This document shows, piece by piece, positions 54,815 through 64,000 of a DNA stretch of 64,000 nucleotides (position 1 is the stretch's first letter; each line of letters starts with the position of its first letter). Made by a program: the position numbers and the translations under genes. This DNA comes from Octopus vulgaris (lineage: Eukaryota). The stretch spans positions 43,214,001 to 43,278,000 of the forward strand of contig OX597833.1 in assembly GCA_951406725.2 (NCBI GenBank), read 5' to 3'. The notes beneath the pieces are model-generated. The model had not been told where the DNA came from. It ran no database searches and was given only the letters and a program-made list of their open reading frames with translations.

Positions 54815-55223
54815 TTTCTTTTATTCTTTTATTTGTCTCAGTCATTTGACTGTGGCCATGCTGGAGCACTGACTTGAAGGGTTTTAGTTGAACTAATCGA
54901 CCCTGGGACTTATTTTTTATAAACTAGATACTTATTCTATCCGGCTCTTTTGCCGAACCACAAAGTTATGGGAACGTAAACACACCAACACTAGGTGTCA
55001 AGCGGTGATACGCGGGGGGGAGGGGAGACACAAAAAACGGAGACAGACACAGGTATATATATATATATATATATGCGACGTCCTTCTTTCGGTTTCCGTC
55101 TACCAAATCAACTCACAATGCTTTGGCTGACCCGAGGATTTAGAAGAAGACACTCGCCCAAAGTGCCAAGCTATGGGGCTGAACCCGGAATCATGTGGTT
55201 GACAAACAACCTTCTTACCACAC
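54815..55223 (-). mobile_element. SINE family A, diverged
   Basis: Head and 3' segment are recognisable. Confidence 0.85.
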
Positions 55224-55243
55224 AATATATACACACATACACA

Positions 55244-55339
<96 letters not shown>

Positions 55340-55789
55340 AAATACATATACTAATGTATATGCTTTGTCTATTTTCCGGTGGCTGCAGCGGCGTAGCGGA
55401 GTATAAAACTCTCATGTCGCCGGTGTTAAAACACCTTAGAGCCACTGACAGGCGAAATAACTCACACTCAATCCCATTTGGGAGTGATGGACATCGATGT
55501 TTTGCCATTTATGTGGTTTATCAACACCACCTACCTGCCTGGGTTGAAGAGTCAGCTAGCCAGTCCAACAACTTATATGCTCATGGCTTGTAAAATCGTG
55601 AGCTGGTATGCCGGAAATTGCATACCTAAGAGAAAGTTTACATATGAAAAGCAGCTCTAGTATAATAAATATCGTTAAATACATATACTAATTGTGTATT
55701 TTCCATGGTTTCCATCCTGGAAGAAGCTGCCTAAGTCAGCTCATACAACATTATTACCGGGTGTTGAAACAGTCCCTCAACCACTCAAA

Positions 55790-56700
55790 TGTGGATGCGA
55801 TATATCTCACTTTGCAAAGGCTTTCGACAAAGTTGATCATGGAATGATATGTCACAGACTACGTAATCTCAGCATAGTCGGCAAATTGAGAGAATGGCTG
55901 CATGACTTTCTGAAAGATAGAAGTTAAGCATTAGTAGCCCATTGGGCCACCTGCAATGATACGTAAATTGTGAGCGGTGTTCCGCAAGGCACTGTATTGG
56001 GACCACTACTGTTTATAATGATCCTCTCAGGTATGCCCTTCGCCACACAGAGATCCACGATCAGAAGTTATACAGATGAAACAAAAGGTCTCACAGATGA
56101 TACAGAACCATGAAGGTGCTATGCACCTGAAACGTAAGTTAGATGAAACATACAAGTGGGCTAAGAAGAATAACATGCAGTTTAATGCTAAAAAATTTGA
56201 AGCCCTATGTTATCAGCATGCAAAACTAAATTCACTACCAATTAAATACGGTGGGCCTGGAGAGACAGCAATCCCAGAGACACAGTCAATGCGTGACCTG
56301 GGCATTTACATACGTAATGATGCAGCCTTCCATGTGCATGTTGCTAAGTTGGCAATGAAATGCGGACGGCTGACCGGATGGATTCTTAGAACTTTTAAAT
56401 CTAGAGATCATGAAACCATGATGGTCCTCTGAAGGACATTTGTCTTAAGCCGCTTTCACTATTACTTCCGGCTATGGTCACTAAACTAGTGTAAAATTAA
56501 TTGCAGAACTTGAGGCAATCCAACGAAGCTACACAAAGAAGATAGCCTCTATGCAGCATGTAAGCTACTGGGAAAGACTCAAGAGATTGAGACTCAATTC
56601 CCTGGAGCGTAGGCGGGAAAAATATGCCGTAATATACATGTGGAAGATCATGTAGGGATTCCAGCCAAACTTTGGCATTGAGAATTGCACTAACATTAGA
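55790..56700 (+). mobile_element. CR1/L2-like LINE RT fragment (pseudogenised)
   Basis: FAKAFDKVDHG, VSGVPQGTVLGPLLF, YTDET, W...N.MQFN.KK and RDLGI motifs, with stops. Confidence 0.85.
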
Positions 56701-56734
56701 ACATAGGTGTGTGTGTGTGTGTGTATGTGTGTGT

Positions 56735-56945
56735 ATTTATGTGTGTGTGTTTGTCCCCCACCATCATTTGACAACCGATGTTGGTGTGTTTGTGTCCTCG
56801 TAACTTAGCGGTTCGGCCTAAGAGACCGATAGAATAAGTACTAGGCTTACAAAGGATAAGTCCTGGGGTTGATTTGTTCGACTAAAGGTGGTGCTCTAGC
56901 ATGGCCACAGTCAAATGACTGAAACAGATAAAATAATAAAAGAAG
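56735..56945 (+). mobile_element. SINE family A, 3' half
   Basis: Matches the family A 3' segment. Confidence 0.88.
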
Positions 56946-56954
56946 ATATCTTAA

Positions 56955-57009
<55 letters not shown>

Positions 57010-57140
57010 CATAAATATATATAAATATATATACGTACATAAAACTATATCAGGTTTGGTAAAGAAAAGGTGATCACGTACCTTGTCGCTGTTGTGATTA
57101 CAGACAGACAGAGAAACAAAGAATTATATATACATATATA

Positions 57141-57420
57141 TATATATACCAATTAAGGACTGAACACGAAAAGTGGACAGTCAACATGCTAGATATAGAC
57201 GTCAAATCGCCATTCTCCACAAAAGATTATGTTCTCAGATCTGAGAACATAATCTTTTGTGGAGAATGGCGATTTGACGTCTATATCTAGCATGTTGACT
57301 GTCCACTTTTCGTGTTCAGTCCTTAATTGGTATATATAAATATTTTAATCTTCGGATTTTTTTAATATGCTAGACCACTGGTTCTAATTGATAAATATCA
57401 ATTTCTACCCTAAATTAATG
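57141..57420 (+). mobile_element. Perfect loopless palindrome plus tail between (TA)n tracts
   Basis: 57141-57338 is its own reverse complement, centred on AGA|TCT at 57239/57240. A unique tail runs to about 57420, then (TA)n. Confidence 0.9.
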
Positions 57421-57454
<34 letters not shown>

Positions 57455-57462
57455 GCATACGT

Positions 57463-57603
<141 letters not shown>

Positions 57604-57779
57604 GATTAAGCACATGTATTAAATGTTAATTTAAGGGTTAATATGTAACTGTAAATACCTTGCAAAGTTGCAAAAACTACGATAATTGTTCACTGGTAAT
57701 TGAACGGTAAATGTGTAAAATAAGATGATCTTAGTGTTATCACATTAGAATTAAAAGAGAAAGGATAAAAGTGAAATAA

Positions 57780-58028
57780 TATTATAGTCAGAATTAACTG
57801 TGAAAGAATAAAAGTGAAACAATATTATATCACAATACAATATAGATGTTATTGTTTCACTTTTGACGCGTAATACAGAACCAATCTAAGTGATTGCTCC
57901 GGGTCCGCATTAGGCATGAGGTTGAAACTTTTTTGTGGCCCGTGACACTCCATGGACCATACGTAATGCATGTGTGAAATTTGAATGAAATCGGTTGGGT
58001 AGTTCTCGAGTTTTATGGCTTTCACACA

Positions 58029-58059
<31 letters not shown>

Positions 58060-58066
58060 CATACAT

Positions 58067-58097
<31 letters not shown>

Positions 58098-58115
58098 TTC
58101 TTAGTTTTATATATA
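57780..58115 (-). mobile_element. Possible non-autonomous Helitron/HINE-like element
   Basis: AAATTTGAATGAAATCGG..GGTAGTTCTCGAG motif, (CATA)n near the terminus and a small internal hairpin at 57810-57865. Confidence 0.4.
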
Positions 58116-58652
58116 CTAACTGGAACCGTGAAAACTTTATGGAAAACATAAGAAATGTAAGCATCTGTAAATTGTGTGCTGGTGCCATGAGAAATGTTTT
58201 TATATTGTGACAGTTACAGTAATATCCAATATTGGCTAAGGACCCAGTATATAGAATACAGTAATTAATTATATTGTAAGAAAGTAAAAGTAACATCCAA
58301 TATTTGCTGTGGTTATGTATCTGTCTACTCTGAAAAAACTAATAAACATTTAAAAGCACAAAGCAAACGTCATCTTCCTTTCAGTTACCACTCACTCTCT
58401 GCCTCACTCACTCTCTGTCCGTCCTCTCTCTCTCTCACTCTCTCTCGCTTTGCTGCTTATTTCACGTATACCACCTCTGCTTAACACCTTTTATTTTTAT
58501 TTTATTTCTACCTCTCCCTTCAAGTGTAGAAAAGTGACAGTAACATCCACAGATATTTGCTGAGAGAGAGAGGCAGACAGAGAGAGAGAGAGTGTGTGTG
58601 TGTGTGTGTGTGTCAGAGAGGCAGACAGACAGAATAACTGTCAGACAGACGT

Positions 58653-58737
<85 letters not shown>

Positions 58738-59266
58738 CAGGCCGATGCTAGGACTAGATTAACACCCATAACAACTAAAAAGATTTTCCTGACCCTATAT
58801 CTTCTTCCAGTTCACTCAGCTGGCCAAAATGAGTTGTAGCTGTGATTCAAAGGGGTCAGCCTTGTCACATTCTGTGTGAAGCTGAATCTCCCTAACAACT
58901 AACTTATGGTATGCTTGTTTGTGGAGTACCCAACCACTTGCGCATTAATTTTATCCTTGTGTGGTAGTGAAAAGTGAAAGTAACTTCCAGTATCTGCTGT
59001 AGATATTTGTCTTTGATTTACCAATGTGTCTATGTATCTACTTTTCTTTCGATGTATGTACCAGTCTACTTTGAAAGTACTGATAGACATTTTTCCTCTC
59101 TTCCTTTCAGTCATCACACACACACACTCTCTCTCTCTCTCTCTCTCGCTTTCTCTCTCTCACTTTGTACCTCTGTATATACTTCTCCTTTTGAAGTGTG
59201 ACACACACCACAGGTACGTACAAAAACAAACAAGACTAAGTGTATTACTATTATTAATAGATATTT

Positions 59267-59365
<99 letters not shown>

Positions 59366-59406
59366 GGATGGATAGATAGACAGATAGACAGATAGATAGA
59401 TAGATA

Positions 59407-60537
59407 TGTTTCTTTATTAGCCACACAGGGCTGCACACAGATAGAACAAATTACAAGGTAGAGCTTTTCTTTTGAAGGTAAAAAAAATAAAAAATAAAAA
59501 TAAAATAAAATAAAAAATAAAAAAGGGGGAGTCGATCAAAAGGGATCGTAAAAGGAGAGAAAGAGGCAAAAAAAAAGGGGGGGTTAAAAAAAGGGGGAGA
59601 GGAAAAAAAATTGATCAATAGGGATCGTTATCACAGAAATGTCAATATGAAGTGTAAAGGGGAGGACAGGTGAGGTTTACCCGTGGAAAGAAAAGCCTAC
59701 GGAAAAGACCACGGTAACCTCGGTCAATGAAGTCACATGTTATATTTCTTTTTTTTTTTTTTTTTGCAAATAAGCAACTCTCTGTATTAATTTTTACGGT
59801 TCATAGAATCATAGTCAAGGTGGCTTCGTCATTCATACGTGCCATCCTTGCTACATTCACCCATCTTTTTAAAACATTCACTAGACAAAACTTGCCTCTC
59901 TACTCTCACTTTTTTCTTCAAGTGATACTTGAAGAAGTTGATGAGAGATTGACCAGAGAGGAAAGTGTTTGTCTCCAATCCTTTCAGGCGCGTCCACCAG
60001 ATACATTCTTTCGCCATAGCCACAAGTATGATAAAAATAGCTCTTCCTTCCCGTTTGAAGGAAGGAGGCGTGACGATATTAACGATAGACTCGGCTGATA
60101 AACCGACACGTCCCACACGTGACAGCAGTCGTTCGACATAAGCCCACAGGTGGGAAATTGCTGGACACTGCACGATTGCGTGCAGAGCGGTTTCGTCGCT
60201 CTGCCCGCATCTCGGGCAGGTCGGCCCCGTGTTTCTCGAGCCATGCCTATAGAGCTTATCCCGAACGGGTAGCGCTTCTCGGTAGCACCGCCAGGCCAGG
60301 GATCTCTGGAAGTTGTCCATAGGTCCCGGGCCGAAAGTCGTTTGAAACAGGCGGGTCAGGTATTCCTCGTCGACGCCCAGGTTTGCCCCGAGCTCGTCGT
60401 CGTACCTCCCCTCCACTAATCCCCTATAGAATGCTTTGGTTGTGTTGAAGTCACTCAAGGTCGACCCGGGACGGCAGAGTTGCTTGAGAGCAACGCGACA
60501 CTCGCGGTGCCATTCGCCCTTCCTCGGCCTCTTTTTG
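59407..60537 (-). mobile_element. Tx1/L1-clade LINE 3' end inserted in (GATA)n
   Basis: Open GC-rich frame with the CPRC...H...C zinc knuckle, a T-rich 3' UTR and AATAAA near the end. (GATA)n lies on both sides. Confidence 0.85.
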
Positions 60538-60605
<68 letters not shown>

Positions 60606-60982
60606 CGGACGGACAGATAGGCACATCAGACGGACAGATGGACATTCAGACAGATGAGAGAGAGGGAATTAGAGAGAGATATAGATAAGCAGATAAACAA
60701 ATTTGTGAGGGAGAAAGAGAGAGAGAAAAAAAGAGAGAGGTGGAGACAGACAGACAGAAAGACTCAAATTACTGATAAAAATTACTAGTGAACATAAAAA
60801 CAACAAAAGCACATTTGTAAAATTGATATTACTACCATATAAGAAATATTTCTCAGATAACCCAAGAGCCTAACACATTGAAACGGTATATAGTTGATTA
60901 GCGCTTTGGTTATCTGGTTATGCTTGCGCAGAAGCTTGGCAAACGTTGTTGTTATTGTGGTAGTTGTTGTTGTTGCTGCTGC

Positions 60983-61024
<42 letters not shown>

Positions 61025-61499
61025 GTCTGACTGAATAGGCCTATGATCAAAAGCATTCCAGTACTGGCCATGACATCTATTTAAGGCTATGTAAGAATAC
61101 ATAATGTAACATGTCCTTCTCATTTCTAATACGGAAGGCTAAGATTTCGCTGCCATTTCAAGGTTCCTTCTATTTAAGGCTTGTTTTGGTGTCTGAGAAG
61201 AATGAAATGCCGATGAAGTGAAGCAAAGAAATACATAGATCCCGAGGGACAGGTATTAGACGTGCTGTGACAAGACAGAAATATATACCACGGTTTTGGT
61301 TTAAATAAACGATGAAAACACGCGGGATTCTTCACACATACATATATGCTCCAGCTTGAACTGGCTATGATGGTTAAAACTAACTAAAGAGCTAAAGAAC
61401 ATACAAAGACGTAAATGCACATTCATATTCGTATTCAGACATACATACACACACACACATATACATGTGTGTGTACAGGTATAGATTTATATATACGGT

Positions 61500-61542
<43 letters not shown>

Positions 61543-61601
61543 TCACACACACATATAGGTGCACACACACAGAGACTCTCACAAACACACACACACACAC
61601 A

Positions 61602-62057
61602 CATGCAAACTTTAGGTTAGTTACAGTATTTTGTGATATATATCAACTTCTAAAGCTAAATTCACTGCATTTACTGTAGAGGAAAAATTCTCTCTTATGT
61701 TAAAAATGAGTAAAAATATCATATCTGCCCAGAGCTATCCCCTCTTGGGTTCCCAGACACAGCTTGTCTAGCGCTTTAGCCGTGATCAATAGAAAATACC
61801 AAAGCGAGATAACTCTGGACTGTAGCATTAACTAAAATAATCAGCAACATCGTTTCAGTTGTACCATTGGAGTTCCCGGTCAAGAAAAACCAACAGTATC
61901 AGCGCCAAGCAGTATTTAGGCATGAGTGAACTCTACGTTAGTTAAAATGTTTACGACATATTTCCTTTTTCTTTCTTTACTATAAATGCAGTGAATATAC
62001 ATGGAGAAGTTAAAATGTGTCACAAACATTTTTTATCTAATCTAAAGATCGCATATG
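61602..62057. repeat. Old diverged inverted repeat (about 90 bp arms)
   Basis: TTTGTGA...AACTTCT...TTCACTGCATTTA pairs with TAAATGCAGTGAA...AGAAGTT...TCACAAA. Confidence 0.6.
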
Positions 62058-62064
62058 CCTAATC

Positions 62065-62200
62065 AGACATGGCTGTGTGGTACGAACTTTGCTTCTCGCC
62101 CGTAGAGTTCTGGATTCAATCCCGCTGCGTGGCACCTTGCGTGTCTTCTACCATAGCTTCCAATCAAAGCCATGTTACTGGATTTAGTAGACGGAAACTC
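62065..62200 (+). mobile_element. SINE family A head, diverged
   Basis: CATGGCTGTGTGGTA...GGATTTAGTAGACGGAAACT. Confidence 0.75.
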
Positions 62201-62237
62201 ATATACATGAGTGGGGGGGATGTATGCGTGTTTGTGT

Positions 62238-62311
<74 letters not shown>

Positions 62312-62361
62312 GGTGGTGGTGGTGGTGGTGGTGGTAGTAGTAGCGGCGGCGGTGGTGGTGC

Positions 62362-62406
<45 letters not shown>

Positions 62407-62559
62407 ATAAAAGATAAATAGAACTTATTGACATAAGTTACGAAGTGATTCTAGTGTCGAATTGTTTGTACGTAGTAATTGTCAAGTGCTATACACAAAA
62501 CTCTCAACTATTGGGTCACTTTCTCTAACTTCTGCTAATTAGGAATAATGATAGTAATC

Positions 62560-62715
62560 CCTTCTGTTATGAGCACAAGGCCTGAAATTTGGAGGCAGTA
62601 GACTGGTCGATAACATGGACTGCTACGTATTTTAGCCGTCGATGAAAGGATGAAAGGCAAAGACGTTTTCAGCTGAGTTTGTATTCGAAACGTAGAGAGA
62701 GACGAAATGCCGTTA
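62560..62715 (-). mobile_element. SINE family B, degenerate
   Basis: Contains GAAAGGATGAAAGGCAAAG and CACAAGGCCTGAAATTT. Confidence 0.65.
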
Positions 62716-62824
62716 AATAAAAATGATCATACTATAATTCTGATATTCGCTTCGTTAATCAGTTTACAAATGTGTTAACGCTCTGTTAGAGAGTTATGAT
62801 TTTAAAAAATGTACTATTATTATC

Positions 62825-63040
62825 AAAGCGGTGAGTTGGTGGAATCGTTAGCACGCTCTGGCAAGATGGTCAATGGTGTTTCGCTCGTACTTACGTCCTC
62901 AGTTCAAATTCCGCTTAGATCAACTTGGCAATTTTATCCTTTCGGAGTCGATAAAATAAATACCAGTTGTGCAGTGAGGTCGACGTAATCGAATTATCCC
63001 TTCGCCCGAAATTGCTGGCCTTGTGCCAAAATTTGAAATA
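62825..63040 (+). mobile_element. SINE family B, diverged
   Basis: Head GCGGTGAGTTGGTGGAATCGTTAGCACG and B-box AGTTCAAATTCC. Confidence 0.8.
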
Positions 63041-63494
63041 ACACTCATAATATATACATAAAAAATGAGGAAGAGTCTGTGAGCTGGTAAGATGCAACTT
63101 ATTAGTTTCATATCTATAATATGCATATTCATATTGAGATTTTTACCAGATATTTTAATCGGTGTCTAACATACTTCTAAATATGTTAAGTACCTATACA
63201 TTACACACATACATGCGCATATCTATCTATCTATCTATATATATATGTATGTATATGCACGTTGTGCCTGCGTGTGAGACTGAAAGAGAGAGGGAGAAGA
63301 TTAGTTTTCACACAGTTCCACACCAGTGACTCCATCTAGAGTAAAATCAAGGCCAGGATAATTCTGGGTAAATATTTCAAATATACTCTTTGTTTCAGAG
63401 TCTCATTTCTCAGTTATCTTCCCCAAAAGTACATGTAATTAGCGATAATATATACGTATACAAGCACGTATATGTATATACATACATATGTATG

Positions 63495-63544
<50 letters not shown>

Positions 63545-64000
63545 CATATATATATACATTGACACATGTGACCCCGACGACTATCAAATTCACTAATATT
63601 TTATATCTATTTTGTGCGTATAAGACAGATACGTATATATTTATACACACGTGTCTATATCTGTTTTATGTATTTGTACGTATCTTGTTGTGCGCGCGTG
63701 TGCGTGCGTCTGTGTGTGTGTGTGCGTGTGCATGTGTGTACGTATGTGTGTGAAAAACAGACGTTAACATATTGCATCATAGACCTGAGTTAATTAAATC
63801 TGTATCAGAATACATACATTTAGTAATACCTTAAAATTAATTTGACGTGAAAAAAATCCCATGAGGAAGGGAGAGGATTGGATTAGCGTTGATGAGAGGT
63901 TGAAGAGAGATTTTGAAGAAATAGATGCAGGTAGGGATAGAGACAAAGAAGGATGAGGGGGAGGAGGAGGAGGAGGAGGAGGAGGAGAAGAAGAAGAAGA

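Overview
AT-rich eukaryotic, repeat-dominated DNA with no intact host gene I can support. It is probably intronic or intergenic. The SINE set and microsatellite density look like an octopod cephalopod genome (inference from pattern recognition, not a search). Almost all ORFs in the track are microsatellite artefacts. Real coding remnants come from transposons: several mariner/Tc1-superfamily copies, a Tigger/pogo-like element, a piggyBac-like end, a decayed Helitron RepHel, and RTE, CR1/L2-like, Tx1/L1 and Dong/R4 (RLE) LINE fragments. There are also about 25 tRNA-derived SINE copies. The most notable unexplained signal is a recurring class of long DNA palindromes built as inverted arm + arm + unique tail, usually beside (TA)n. 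Several carry minimal hammerhead-ribozyme motifs typical of Penelope-like elements. The best example (47277-47850) joins a tRNA-like Pol III head, a (TAA)n linker and a hammerhead-bearing tail, suggesting a SINE mobilised by Penelope-like elements. All coordinates were read by eye; element ends are approximate unless a TIR or TSD is cited.
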